Assembly (NCBI GenBank): GCA_016181765.1
Contig: JACOYR010000001.1
Location: 221,414-285,413, forward strand
DNA: 64,000 nt
Origin: Parcubacteria group bacterium
Lineage (GTDB): Bacteria; Patescibacteriota; Patescibacteriia; UBA2169
Reading direction: 5' to 3'
In this document: one piece after another, positions 45,992 to 55,810 of the stretch
How the letters are laid out: each line of letters begins with the position of its first letter
Numbering within the stretch: the stretch's first letter is position 1
The notes under the pieces: generated by a model
Told to the model about the DNA's origin: nothing
The model's input: only the letters and a program-made list of their open reading frames with translations
Databases searched by the model: none
Program-made: the position numbers and the translations under genes

Positions 45992-46308
45992 TACGCGGTA
46001 ATTTTTTCTATCTTGACCTGGGTGTACGCCTGGCGATGGCCGTACTTCTTGCGGTAGCGCACCTTGCGCTTGTACTTGATGACGTCAATCTTCTTGGCGC
46101 GCCCCTGCGCCAACACGAGAGCAGTGACTTTGGCGCCAGGAACGAGCGGAGCCCCGATGGTGAGATTGGCGCCATCTGCCTCGCCAACCAAAAGCACCTC
46201 GTTAAAATCAACGTTTTTTCCGGCTTCCACGTCAAGTTTTTCCACTTTGATGGTGTCGCCCTCCGCCACCTTGTACTGCTTTCCGCCTGTTTTGATGACT
46301 GCAATCAT
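45991..46308 (-). CDS. rplU: 50S ribosomal protein L21
   Basis: [16 protein letters not shown]. Confidence 0.96.
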   Translation of the reverse strand: MIAVIKTGGKQYKVAEGDTIKVEKLDVEAGKNVDFNEVLLVGEADGANLTIGAPLVPGAKVTALVLAQGRAKKIDVIKYKRKVRYRKKYGHRQAYTQVKIEKITA

Positions 46309-46400
46309 ATACGGTTACGCATTAACTCCTCGGCTCTGCAGTGAAAAAGCTTGCTTTTTCACTGCTCTCGCTCTACGTCGTTTATTGGAAAAGTATACGC

Positions 46401-46877
46401 TCAATTGCCTGCCTTGTCAAGCTCCACTACATCCCCTGTTTTGACGCCATTCCCAGCCACCCAGCCCGCGTTCACTTCCAGAACCATGTCAGCGGGCTTG
46501 TGTGATTGAAAGCGCGCTATGGAGCCGTCTTCTGATTGGTAGGGAATGTTTTCCTGTATGCCTATGACTGTGCGGCCTGCGATCCAAATCGCGTCAAGGG
46601 GAAAACGCATATCCTTCATCCAAAAATTCCTGGGTCGCGCATCACCGTACACAAACAGCATGCCGCGGCCCGGCGGCAGTGATGAGCGCCCGGAAAGACC
46701 CTGAACCTGGCTCGGCCGCGTATCCGCAATTTCCACGGACACGGTTGCGCGGCCGACTCGCAGGGAAGACATTTCAAGCAGTGCGGATGGATCACGCATA
46801 TACCGATTTGCCGCAAGCGCGGCCATTGCCGCTAGGGCAATGGCGATGAGAGTGAATGTGAGCGTTTTCGCGACCAT
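46401..46877 (-). CDS. DUF192 family protein
   Basis: VEIADT..GLSGR..GMLF..FWMKDM.FPLD..VLEVNAG. Confidence 0.85.
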   Translation of the reverse strand: MVAKTLTFTLIAIALAAMAALAANRYMRDPSALLEMSSLRVGRATVSVEIADTRPSQVQGLSGRSSLPPGRGMLFVYGDARPRNFWMKDMRFPLDAIWIAGRTVIGIQENIPYQSEDGSIARFQSHKPADMVLEVNAGWVAGNGVKTGDVVELDKAGN

Positions 46878-47926
46878 AGTCCCAAAAGAATCATGACCGC
46901 AACGAGCGCGGTCAAGAGGTACACCTTGCCCCGGGTCTGGACGAACAGCGATGCAACCCCGAAAAGCGCGGCCACTCCCCACAAGAGCAGCACGCTCTGC
47001 CGGTGCGAGAGCCCCGCGGTCAAGAGCCGAAAGTGCAGGTGCTTTGAGTCCCCGATTGCGGGTGATTTTTTTTCCAAAAACACGCGGCGCACAATGACCC
47101 ACCCCACGTCAAGGATAGGAACACCCATCACTAAAAGCGCGGTGGCGACTTTCCCGCCGGAAATGATTGCGAGCACCCCCAGCATGAATCCAAGCCAGAC
47201 GCTCCCCCCTTCGCCCAAGAATATCTTGGCCGGGTGCGCGTTCCAGAACAAAAAGCCGAGGGTGGCTCCGGCGAGAGATACGGCGAGCAAGGCCACGTCC
47301 GGCTGGAACGTCTTATCGGACAAAGAGAGCGCGAATAAAATGAACGCGCCGATGGCGGTAATGCCCGATACGAGGCCGTCAAGCCCGTCCAGGAGCTTGG
47401 TGGTGAACATCATTCCCAAGAGCCAGATGACGGTGAAGAAGTCAGCGAGCAGCACGAACTGGATGGTCCGGCCGCCCGCTTCAAACAGGTCCCACTGGAG
47501 AGTGTCCAAGTGCCACAGCCCGGGGCCCAAGGGATTGCTCACGAACGCAATGCCCATGCCGCTTCCGATGACCACTAAAATTGCGATGATGGGAGCAACC
47601 AGCTGGAACCGCGCCCGCAAGCGGTAGCGGTCATCCAAAAAACCGCCGACCATAAGCGCAAACCCCGCGATGAAGAGCCCGAGCAAAAATTGCTCGCTTA
47701 CGTACCGCGCCGGCAAGAGATCCGAAAACAGGATAATTGACCCAATCACCAGCCAGAACGATGCGAAAATAGCCGCTCCGCCGAGGAGCGGAATGGGCTT
47801 TGAGTGGATTTTGCGCGGCTCGCCCGGGCGGTCAATAATGTTAAGCCTCGCGGCAACGCGGCGCACTACTGTGGTTGCAAGGAAGGCCAGCGCCGCTGCC
47901 GCCAAAAAAATCCCTACGTACCGCAT
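46832..47926 (-). CDS. WecA/TagO-like undecaprenyl-phosphate GlcNAc-1-phosphate transferase (MraY family)
   Basis: RKIH..PIPLLGG, GFLDD, LDGLDGL, PAKIFLGEGG, HLHFRL. Confidence 0.88.
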   Translation of the reverse strand: MRYVGIFLAAAALAFLATTVVRRVAARLNIIDRPGEPRKIHSKPIPLLGGAAIFASFWLVIGSIILFSDLLPARYVSEQFLLGLFIAGFALMVGGFLDDRYRLRARFQLVAPIIAILVVIGSGMGIAFVSNPLGPGLWHLDTLQWDLFEAGGRTIQFVLLADFFTVIWLLGMMFTTKLLDGLDGLVSGITAIGAFILFALSLSDKTFQPDVALLAVSLAGATLGFLFWNAHPAKIFLGEGGSVWLGFMLGVLAIISGGKVATALLVMGVPILDVGWVIVRRVFLEKKSPAIGDSKHLHFRLLTAGLSHRQSVLLLWGVAALFGVASLFVQTRGKVYLLTALVAVMILLGLWSRKRSHSLSSPLP

Positions 47927-47928
47927 AG

Positions 47929-48300
47929 CTATACTGGGTGCGCCTCAAGGTAGGTCCCGAGGATCAAGGCCGCTGCCTGGGCATGGTTGCGCTCGGCTGC
48001 ATCATCTGATGCAGTGGTTGAGAACCGCTCATCCTGCTTGGTGATAGGCAAGGAGAGCGTTGAAAGTTTTTTGATGAATTCGTCCACGGCGCGGGTGGCT
48101 GCCCCCTCTTCCCCGGCAAGCGTGAGCGGGTACCCGATCACAATGTGCTGGAAGCCCTCAACCAGAATAATCCGCTCCAGCTCAAGGATGGCGCCGGAGT
48201 CGTTCAGCACGGTCCGGAACGGCACCGCGACCCGAGCCTCGTCCGAGGCTTTGGCAAGCCCGATTTTGGATTCGCCGTAATCAATGCCTAAGTAGTTCAT
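47929..48300 (-). CDS. ruvX: YqgF/RuvX pre-16S rRNA nuclease
   Basis: LGIDYG..KIGLA, IVIGYP, DERFST, AAALIL. Confidence 0.88.
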   Translation of the reverse strand: MNYLGIDYGESKIGLAKASDEARVAVPFRTVLNDSGAILELERIILVEGFQHIVIGYPLTLAGEEGAATRAVDEFIKKLSTLSLPITKQDERFSTTASDDAAERNHAQAAALILGTYLEAHPV

Positions 48301-48380
48301 AACCACCCCCTCGCCCCCTCCTGAATACAGGAGGGGGAATATTATATGGTCGAGCCCGCTCCTGAATACAGGAGGGGAGT
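48301..48380. repeat. Two family-B palindromes in tandem
   Basis: ctcctg-aata-caggaggggg occurs twice. Confidence 0.7.
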
Positions 48381-49136
48381 TTACTGGGTTAATATTCGCG
48401 GCCCGTTCGTGGCGGCCACGACCGTGTGCTCAAAGTGCGCGGCGCGCGCGCCATCAGCAGTCACCACGCCCCAGCCGTCATCCGCTGTTTTGACGTCTGC
48501 GCCTCCAATGGCAATCATGGGCTCAATGGCAAGCACTGCCCCTGCCATGATTTTTTCGCCGCTTCCGGCTTTTCCAAAATTGGGAATACGCGGCTCTTCG
48601 TGCACGCTGTAGCCCACGGCATGGCCGGTGAGCTTGCGGATGACCCCATATCCAAGCTTTTCCGCATACTCCTGGACCGCGTGCCCGATATCGCCGAGAT
48701 GGTTGCCCGCTACAGCCTGGGCAATGCCGCGTTCCAAACACTCGCGCGTTACCGCGAGCAGGCGCTCGTCTTCTTCCGAAATATCGCCAATGGGAACGGT
48801 TACGGCATGGTCCGTGTACAAACCTTTGTACTCTAGACCGAGGTCCAGGCCGATCAAATCCCCTTCTCTGAATGCCAAATCCTTGTGCGGAATGCCGTGC
48901 ACCAGCATGTCGTTCGGGGAAACGCACAACACGTTCGGGAACTCTTCGCCAGGCTTGCCAAATCCCTTGAATGACGGGCTGCCCCCTGCTTTGCGGATTT
49001 CCTCTTCTGCCAACGCGTCCAAATCAGATGCGTTGGCGCCCGCAACGCACCGCGCAACCAAATCTTTCATAATGCAGGCAAGGATATGCCCGCCTTCCGC
49101 CAGCAGTTCTATTTCTTTGGCGGTTTTCGGCTTCAT
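48381..49136 (-). CDS. map: Methionine aminopeptidase
   Basis: CVSPND..VHGIP, DLG, TDHA, GHAVG..VHEEP, AHFEHT. Confidence 0.95.
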   Translation of the reverse strand: MKPKTAKEIELLAEGGHILACIMKDLVARCVAGANASDLDALAEEEIRKAGGSPSFKGFGKPGEEFPNVLCVSPNDMLVHGIPHKDLAFREGDLIGLDLGLEYKGLYTDHAVTVPIGDISEEDERLLAVTRECLERGIAQAVAGNHLGDIGHAVQEYAEKLGYGVIRKLTGHAVGYSVHEEPRIPNFGKAGSGEKIMAGAVLAIEPMIAIGGADVKTADDGWGVVTADGARAAHFEHTVVAATNGPRILTQ

Positions 49137-49777
49137 GCAAATATCTCCCCCACTGATTTTTCAACTTCATCAATGGACGGCGTGCCGTCTATGCGGTGGA
49201 GAATGCCTTGCGCTTCGTAGCGATCAAGCATGGGTTTGGTATCTTTGTGGTACCAGTCAAGGCGCTTCTGGATCCCCGCGGGCGTATCATCTGCACGCTG
49301 CACAAGTTTCGTGTTGCAATCATCACAGAGCTCATCGCTCTTTGGCGGATTGGTAAGCATGTTATAGACCCTCCCGTCTTTCGGGCACTCTCTGCGGGCG
49401 GAAAGCCTTCTGATTGACTCCTGGTCCGGAATGTCAATCAAAATAACGTGCGAGGGCGCGGCAACCGCGTCAGAAGCCTCTGCCTGGCCCTGGCTCCGGG
49501 GAAATCCGTCCATCACAAAACCTCCGGATGAGGAGAGCGCCTGTTCCATCTTTGCTTTCATGAACGCGCTGATGTCCTGGTCCGCCAGATGGCCGCCGGA
49601 ATTGACGGTTTCTGCAAACTGATTGCCGCGCGCGCTTTTGGACGCGATTTCATCGCGCAAGAGCTTGCCCGTCTCAAGATACGGGATTTCAAGCTTTTGC
49701 GCTAGCCGCTTGCCCTGGGTTCCCTTGCCCGACCCTTGGGGCCCGAGCAGGATGATGACTGGTTTGTTTTTTTGCAT
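49133..49777 (-). CDS. adk: Adenylate kinase
   Basis: GPQGSGKGTQ, DGFPR, LID domain, QRADD. Confidence 0.93.
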   Translation of the reverse strand: MQKNKPVIILLGPQGSGKGTQGKRLAQKLEIPYLETGKLLRDEIASKSARGNQFAETVNSGGHLADQDISAFMKAKMEQALSSSGGFVMDGFPRSQGQAEASDAVAAPSHVILIDIPDQESIRRLSARRECPKDGRVYNMLTNPPKSDELCDDCNTKLVQRADDTPAGIQKRLDWYHKDTKPMLDRYEAQGILHRIDGTPSIDEVEKSVGEIFA

Positions 49778-49782
49778 GAACG

Positions 49783-51010
49783 TTAGAAGCGTTCGTAGTC
49801 CCTCATGATGAGCTGGGAATTGATTTGCTTGACCGTCTCAATCACCACAGACACCACGATCAAAAGAGAGGTGCCGCCGATGACCAAATTCCGCGAACAA
49901 GATGCGGTTTGAAACCTGGGAAAGGTAGCGGCTGGTTTCGTGCCCGGGCCGAATCCCCGGGATAAACCCGCCCTGGCGCTGGAGGTTTTCGGCAATCTGA
50001 TCCGGCTTGAAAATGACCGCCGTGTAAAAGTAGGTGAATCCGAACACCAGCAAAAAGTACACCACCGCGTACACTATGCCGTTGGGATTGAACAACTCAA
50101 TCACCAGGTTCGCGGCCTGCCGCAGGAGCGCAACCGATGACTCCGAAAAAAACTGGGCGACAAGAGGCGGGAACAGCACAATGGAAATCGCGAAGATGAT
50201 GGGAATCACGCCTGCCTGGTTCACGCGCAAGGGCAGGTGGCTGTGCACACCCCCGCCGGATGCGCCTCCGCGCGCAAACTTGGCGTAGGTCACCGGAATG
50301 TTGCGCTGGCCTTCGGTGATGAACACCACGCCCGCGACTGTCGCGAGCGCGATAATCACAAACAGGATGACGTTGATGAGCTGGGACGCGTCGTAGGTTG
50401 AAAACACCCGCAAGAGCGCTGTGGGCAGCCCGGCAACAATGCCCGCGAAAATGAGGAGCGAGATGCCGTTGCCCACCTTGCGTTCGCTCGCGAGCTCCCC
50501 GAGCCACATCAAAAACAAGGTGCCTGCAGTCACCACCGCCATCACCATAGCCATCTGGGCAAAAGAAATGGAGCCCAAGAGGGACGCGCCAGCGGAGGTG
50601 CCCGCGCGCTGCAGGAACACGATGGTGCCGTACGCCTGGATCAGGGCAAAGGGAACCGTGGCAAGCCTGGTCCACTGGCCGATTTTCTGCCTTCCGGCCT
50701 CGCTCTCCTTTTGCATCTCCTCAAGCTGGGGCACGATCATGCCGAGGAGCTGGAAGATGATGGATGAGGTGATGTACGGCCCCACGCCGAGCATGACCAC
50801 GGAAAAGTTCTCCAAGCCGCCTCCGGTGAGGATGTTGAGGAGCCCGAGAATCTGGTTGGAATTAAAAAAAGCCTGCAGCCCGGAAACGTCAACCCCGGGG
50901 ACCGGGATGTGCGCGAGCACGCGGAAGATGACAAAGACGCCGAGCACAAACAGTATATCATTCCTGATATCCCGCGTGGCTACGATCTGTTTGAGCTTCT
51001 GTACAAACAT
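49783..51010 (-). CDS. secY: Preprotein translocase SecY, with apparent deletion and frameshift near 49890
   Basis: HIPVPG, GVGPYITSSII, GNGISLLIF, FIPGIRPG; the C-terminal GGTSLLIVV...Y is in another frame. Confidence 0.93.
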
Positions 51011-51013
51011 GGG

Positions 51014-51472
51014 TTACTTACGCGCGATAGTGACGCTTCCGCCCGCCTTTTCAATGGCCGCGCGCGCGGACCGCGATACGTAGTGCACGGTAACGCTAAG
51101 CTTCTTTTCCAGTGTACCATTTCCGAGCACCTTTACGCCACCCGGAGTCCGGCGCACCACGCCGCGGCTTACCAGGGATTTCTGGCTGACGGTTTCGCCG
51201 TCCTTAAAGCGTAGGGAGAGCTGTGAGAGGTTGACAATCGCAATTTCGGGCGAGAAACGCTTAAAACCCCGCAGCTTGGGCGTGCGGATCAAAAACTGCT
51301 GGAACGCGCTGCGCCGCTTGATGCCCCGCGTCCCGCCCGAACGCGCGGTCTGGCCCTTTAAGCCTCGGGCCGAATACGTGCCCTTGCCCGAAGCATTGCC
51401 GCGGCCAACGCGCTTTTTGCGCTTCTTCTGTCCAGCCGGGCGCGGCAGGTTGTGGAGAGAAAGTTCTGCCAT
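51014..51472 (-). CDS. rplO: 50S ribosomal protein L15
   Basis: RVGRGNASGKG, KGQTARSG, AIEKAGG. Confidence 0.95.
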   Translation of the reverse strand: MAELSLHNLPRPAGQKKRKKRVGRGNASGKGTYSARGLKGQTARSGGTRGIKRRSAFQQFLIRTPKLRGFKRFSPEIAIVNLSQLSLRFKDGETVSQKSLVSRGVVRRTPGGVKVLGNGTLEKKLSVTVHYVSRSARAAIEKAGGSVTIARK

Positions 51473-51475
51473 ATG

Positions 51476-52057
51476 CTATGCTGTTCCTTTTTCTTCTGTC
51501 GGCTCTTCGGATCCCTCCCCCGGCTTGGCCTCCTGCTTTAGAGCGGTTTTTCGGGCCCGCGGCTTCCGCAGCCGTCCGAGCGCATCCATCAGGGTCTGGG
51601 CGTTATTCACCTTATTGTTCGTCCCCATGATCTTGGCCACTACGTCGCGGACTCCGGCCAACTCAAAAATCTGGCGGACCACGCTGCCCGCAATCACTCC
51701 TGTTCCGGGCGGGGCCGGCTTCAGGAAAAGCTGGGAACTGCGGTCCTTGATGCGGATTTCGTGCGGAATGGTTCCGGTGTCCGTGGTCTCAACCCGCACT
51801 AAGTGCTTTTTGGCGTCATTGGCCGCCTTGCTGATGGCAAGCTGCACGTCCGCCCCCTTTGCGATGCCCACGCCAACTTTGCCCTTCCGGTCGCCAATCA
51901 CGATGCACGCCCGAAAGCGCATGCGTTTGCCGCCTGCCATAACGCGCGTGACGCGCGCCAAATCCAGAATGACCTGGTCAAACTCATCACGGGCCTGGTC
52001 TTTGCGCGGTGAGCGCGGACCCCCTCTCCTTGAGCGCTGTGGTCTCTCTTGTGCCAT
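51476..52057 (-). CDS. rpsE: 30S ribosomal protein S5
   Basis: RVTRVMAGGKRMRF, KPAPPGTGVIAG. Confidence 0.95.
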   Translation of the reverse strand: MAQERPQRSRRGGPRSPRKDQARDEFDQVILDLARVTRVMAGGKRMRFRACIVIGDRKGKVGVGIAKGADVQLAISKAANDAKKHLVRVETTDTGTIPHEIRIKDRSSQLFLKPAPPGTGVIAGSVVRQIFELAGVRDVVAKIMGTNNKVNNAQTLMDALGRLRKPRARKTALKQEAKPGEGSEEPTEEKGTA

Positions 52058-52061
52058 AGTG

Positions 52062-52406
52062 TTATACAATTACTCCTGCCGCGCGCAGTGCCTCGGTAAA
52101 CGCTTTCACGCGGCCGTGGTACTTTTTGCTGCCGCGGTCAAGCGCTGCCTGTTTGATTCCCTCGGCAAGGGCTTTTTTGCCCAGCGCCTCTCCCAAGAGA
52201 GAAGCGCGCTCGGTTTTGGTTCCCGAAAAGCCTTTATCGCGGCCGGAAACGAGGGTTGTGCCTTTTGCATCGTCAATAAACTGGACAAACATGCCGGACG
52301 CGGAAAGCGCAAGCGAAACGCGGATGCGCGCGCTCCGGCCGCCCAAACGGCTGCGGACGCGGCGGGCGCGGCGCGTGGCGTTCAGTTGTTTTTTAGTCGC
52401 GTGCAT
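52062..52406 (-). CDS. rplR: 50S ribosomal protein L18
   Basis: QFIDD, DRG..KYHGRVKA. Confidence 0.93.
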   Translation of the reverse strand: MHATKKQLNATRRARRVRSRLGGRSARIRVSLALSASGMFVQFIDDAKGTTLVSGRDKGFSGTKTERASLLGEALGKKALAEGIKQAALDRGSKKYHGRVKAFTEALRAAGVIV

Positions 52407-52407
52407 A

Positions 52408-52956
52408 TTATCCTTCTGATCCCTTCATCACCTTGCCCTCCTTGCGGCGGATGACTTCGTCTGCGTACTTAATGCCCTTGCCTTTGTACGGCTCGGGTTT
52501 TTTAATTTTTCTGATGCTGGCGGCTGTCTCGCCCAGAAGTTCCTTGTGGATGCCGGAAAGCGTAATCGCATTGCCTTCCACTCGCGCCTGGATGCCTTCC
52601 GGAATCTCAAACTCAACCGGGTGGGAAAACCCCACGTTCAACACCAAGAGGTTCCCTTTAAGCTGGACCTTAAACCCAATTCCGTTCACCTCAAGTTTTT
52701 TCTCGTACCCATCCGTAACTCCGGTAACGGCGTTCGCAACCAGGCTGCGCGCAAGCCCCCAAAACGCGGCTTGGCGGCCGTCCTCGGGATTGGGAACCGA
52801 AACGTGCAAGGCGCCCTCCCGCTCTTCTACTTTTGCCTTGGGCGGAAGCGCTACCGAGAGCGTGCCTCTGGGGCCCGCGACGGTAACCGAATCGCGGTGC
52901 AGGGCGCTGGTCACGCCCGGGGGCAGTACAATGGGTTGTTTGCCGATTCTTGACAT
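52408..52956 (-). CDS. rplF: 50S ribosomal protein L6
   Basis: MSRIGKQP, GFSHPV, PEPYKGKGI. Confidence 0.96.
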   Translation of the reverse strand: MSRIGKQPIVLPPGVTSALHRDSVTVAGPRGTLSVALPPKAKVEEREGALHVSVPNPEDGRQAAFWGLARSLVANAVTGVTDGYEKKLEVNGIGFKVQLKGNLLVLNVGFSHPVEFEIPEGIQARVEGNAITLSGIHKELLGETAASIRKIKKPEPYKGKGIKYADEVIRRKEGKVMKGSEG

Positions 52957-52963
52957 ACTCGTA

Positions 52964-53362
52964 TTAGTAAATCTCGCACAACACTTCTCCGCCGAGACCG
53001 GCCCGCTTGGCTTCTCTGCTGGTCATAAGCCCCCGGGGAGTGGAAATGATTGCAATGCCGTACCCGGAGAGCACCACGGGCAGTTTGTCGGACTGTGCGT
53101 ACACCCGAAGTCCGGGTTTGCTTATGCGGACCAAGCGCTCAAGCGCGGATTTTCCTTCCTTATCGTACGCAAGGCTGATGCTGATGGCTGGCTTGCCGGC
53201 GCTATCCGCGGCCTCGGTAACCGCGCCAACGTACTTTTCGCGCGAGAGCAGCTGCGCCAACCTGAACTTGAGCTTGGAAAACGGAACAACCACGGCCTCG
53301 TGCCGGGCGCGCGTTGCGTTCCGTATTCGGGTTAACATGTCTGCGATTGGATCAGTCATCAT
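52964..53362 (-). CDS. rpsH: 30S ribosomal protein S8
   Basis: DPIADMLTRIRNA, SKPGLRVY, GGEVL. Confidence 0.96.
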   Translation of the reverse strand: MMTDPIADMLTRIRNATRARHEAVVVPFSKLKFRLAQLLSREKYVGAVTEAADSAGKPAISISLAYDKEGKSALERLVRISKPGLRVYAQSDKLPVVLSGYGIAIISTPRGLMTSREAKRAGLGGEVLCEIY

Positions 53363-53392
53363 ATGATTATATGAATATCGGAGTGAGGTTCC

Positions 53393-53578
53393 CTACCAGC
53401 TTGATTTGCGCACACCAGGGATCTCTCCGTTCCGCGCAAGCTCGCGGAAGCAGATCCGGCAGAGGTCAAAATCACGCATGTACCCCCGGTTCCTGCCGCA
53501 CTTCCAACACCTCCGAATCTTCCGGGTGGAAAACTTCGGGGAGCGGGATGCTTTTACTTTTAATGCGGTTCGTGCCAT
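53393..53578 (-). CDS. rpsN: 30S ribosomal protein S14, type Z
   Basis: RCWKCGR...[21 protein letters not shown]. Confidence 0.95.
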   Translation of the reverse strand: MARTALKVKASRSPKFSTRKIRRCWKCGRNRGYMRDFDLCRICFRELARNGEIPGVRKSSW

Positions 53579-53603
53579 ATGGGTACCTCTGGTAATAGTG
53601 TGG

Positions 53604-54140
53604 TTACTTTTTGAATGGAAATCCGAGCGCCTTAAGGAGGGTAAGCCCGTCGTGGTCGTTTGCGGCGCTCGTGACCACTGTAATTTCAATTCCGTGCAGC
53701 TTTGCGATATCATCCCCGGCAACCTCCGGAAACACGTTGTGCTCGGAAAACCCAACGGTGAAGTTCCCGTGCCCGTCAAACCCCTTGGTGGAGAGCCCGC
53801 TGAAATCGCGCACGCGCGGCAAGGTCACGTGGAGAAGGCGGTCCAAGAAATCAATGGCGCGCGTGCCGCGCAGCGTGACCTTCCCTCCCACCACCTGGCC
53901 TTCCCTGATTTTAAAATTTGAAATGGAGAGCCGGGCCCGCGTGGCAATGGCGCGCTGGCCCGTGATGCGCGAGAGCGTGTCCATAATCTTTGCTTCGTCA
54001 ACCGCCCCACCCCTCGAGACACGGCTGTTTATCACCACTTTCTCAATGCGCGGAGCGGCGTGGATGTTGTGCGCGCCAAACAGCTCTTTCCGGTTGGGAA
54101 GCACGCTCTTTTGGTAGGTTGCGGCAATGGAGGTGAACAT
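53604..54140 (-). CDS. rplE: 50S ribosomal protein L5
   Basis: [27 protein letters not shown]. Confidence 0.95.
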   Translation of the reverse strand: MFTSIAATYQKSVLPNRKELFGAHNIHAAPRIEKVVINSRVSRGGAVDEAKIMDTLSRITGQRAIATRARLSISNFKIREGQVVGGKVTLRGTRAIDFLDRLLHVTLPRVRDFSGLSTKGFDGHGNFTVGFSEHNVFPEVAGDDIAKLHGIEITVVTSAANDHDGLTLLKALGFPFKK

Positions 54141-54146
54141 AGGGGG

Positions 54147-54470
54147 TTACAGGGCTGCTTTGCACTTTTTGCACGCGCGCATTTTTGCCGCGGGCGATGC
54201 GGTTGAAGTAGTTCGGGCGCTCGCCCCGACACGGGTGGCTTTTCCGCACTGCGGGCACACGAGCATGACGTTTGACGCTTCAATCGGGGAAGAAAATTCA
54301 ATCTTCTGGCCCGCTACCCCGCGCTTATTGGAACGCAAGTGCTTGGTGAGCACGTTAACGCCAAGAACCGACACGCGGTTGAGCGCGGGCAGAACCTGCA
54401 GAACTTTTCCCGACTTCCCGCGGTCTTTGCCTGCAATCACTTTAATAGTATCGCCTTTCTTGATCTTCAT
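54147..54470 (-). CDS. rplX: 50S ribosomal protein L24
   Basis: IKKGDT..VIAGKDRGK.G, SNVML. Confidence 0.95.
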   Translation of the reverse strand: MKIKKGDTIKVIAGKDRGKSGKVLQVLPALNRVSVLGVNVLTKHLRSNKRGVAGQKIEFSSPIEASNVMLVCPQCGKATRVGASARTTSTASPAAKMRACKKCKAAL

Positions 54471-54494
54471 AGTTGATGCCAGCGGAAAGCGGCG

Positions 54495-54869
54495 CTAAAG
54501 CACTTCCGGCGCCAGTGAAATAATTTTAGTAAACCCTTTTTGGCGCAATTCCCGCGCGACCGGCCCGAAAATGCGGGTGCCCCGCGGCTCTTTTGATTTC
54601 TTATCCGCCAAAATCACGACCGCGTTTTCATCAAACCGAACGTACGATCCGTCAGCCCGGCGGAGTTCTTTTTTGCTGCGGACCAGGACCCCGGTCACCA
54701 CGTCGCCCTTTTTTACCATTGAGTGGGGCTGCGCTTCTTTAACCACCAAGGTCATGACATCCCCGATGCGGGCGTACCGCTTGCGGTTTCCGCCGAGCAC
54801 GGTGATACACCGGAGCTTTTTCGCGCCGGTATTGTCCGCTGAATGCGCCATGGTCATAAACTGGATCAT
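54495..54869 (-). CDS. rplN: 50S ribosomal protein L14
   Basis: [25 protein letters not shown]. Confidence 0.96.
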   Translation of the reverse strand: MIQFMTMAHSADNTGAKKLRCITVLGGNRKRYARIGDVMTLVVKEAQPHSMVKKGDVVTGVLVRSKKELRRADGSYVRFDENAVVILADKKSKEPRGTRIFGPVARELRQKGFTKIISLAPEVL

Positions 54870-55135
54870 AAGGTACTCCCTTCCTTTGCAATAACGCGCC
54901 AGCGCTTTGTCTTGGACAGGGGCCTGGTCTCTTCTATGGTGACCAGGGTACCGGCCGCGAGCACCGCGCCCCGCCAGTCGCAGATGTAGTGCTTGCTTGT
55001 GGTGTAGCGCTTATGGTACTGGGGATGGGTTTTCACGCGGTTCACGACGACGACAACCGTATGCTGCATCTTGGTGGATGCAACAATTCCGTTCAGGCGG
55101 CGTTTGCGGGTAATCTTTTGCGTAGTCTCTTCCAT
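54866..55135 (-). CDS. rpsQ: 30S ribosomal protein S17
   Basis: [23 protein letters not shown]. Confidence 0.94.
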   Translation of the reverse strand: MEETTQKITRKRRLNGIVASTKMQHTVVVVVNRVKTHPQYHKRYTTSKHYICDWRGAVLAAGTLVTIEETRPLSKTKRWRVIAKEGSTL

Positions 55136-55157
55136 AGGGAAATATTATTCTTTCGGC

Positions 55158-55385
55158 TTATTCTTTCGGCACCTCGGGAGTATGCGGCGAACCATCAGTA
55201 TGCACTAATTGGGAGAGCCGTGTCAAGATGCGGCTTGCATCGCTCTTCGCTTGCCGAATCAGGTGCACCTGCTTGAGGCTGCCGGCGTGCGCCTTAAAGC
55301 GCATATCAACCAATCGCGCCCGTGTTTCGGACAAATCATGGAGAAGCTCTTCTTTTGGCTTGTTCTTTAGTTCGGCCCACTTCAT
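55158..55385 (-). CDS. rpmC: 50S ribosomal protein L29
   Basis: Position between rplP and rpsQ; ELKNK..EL...MRF....L. Confidence 0.85.
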   Translation of the reverse strand: MKWAELKNKPKEELLHDLSETRARLVDMRFKAHAGSLKQVHLIRQAKSDASRILTRLSQLVHTDGSPHTPEVPKE

Positions 55386-55398
55386 ATTATTCTTCTGC

Positions 55399-55809
55399 TT
55401 ATTCTTCTGCCTCAACAAATCGGGTCCGGAGAGGAAGCTTGTGGGAAGCGAGGATCATGGCCTTTTGCGCGATTTCGCGGCTCACTCCATCCATTTCAAA
55501 CAGCACGGTGCCGCGCTTAACCGGAGAAACGTAGCGGTCAACCGCGCCCTTGCCCGCGCCCATGGGCACCTCGGCCCCCTTTGCGGTAACCGGCTTATCC
55601 GGGAAAATCCTGATCCAAATTTTTCCGCCGCGGGCAACGTAGCGCGTCATGGCGCGGCGGGCAGCCTCAATCTGCCGGCTGGAAACCCATGCAGACGTAA
55701 CCGCTCGCAACCCGTACGAACCGAACGAGAGCTCAATCTTGCGCACCGCAGCCCCGCGTAGCCTGCGTTTCTGGGATTTTCGGTATTTTACCTTTCTTGG
55801 CACCAACAT
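55399..55809 (-). CDS. rplP: 50S ribosomal protein L16
   Basis: PRKVKYRK, RQIEAARR, IRIFPDKP, MGAGKG. Confidence 0.96.
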   Translation of the reverse strand: MLVPRKVKYRKSQKRRLRGAAVRKIELSFGSYGLRAVTSAWVSSRQIEAARRAMTRYVARGGKIWIRIFPDKPVTAKGAEVPMGAGKGAVDRYVSPVKRGTVLFEMDGVSREIAQKAMILASHKLPLRTRFVEAEE

Positions 55810-55810
55810 A

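Noticed and set aside
48301-48380. CRISPR array
   Set aside because: Only two palindromic units, no spacer series and no cas genes; they belong to a dispersed repeat family.
49880-49900. Programmed frameshift in secY
   Set aside because: No slippery sequence, and coding information for a whole helix is missing.
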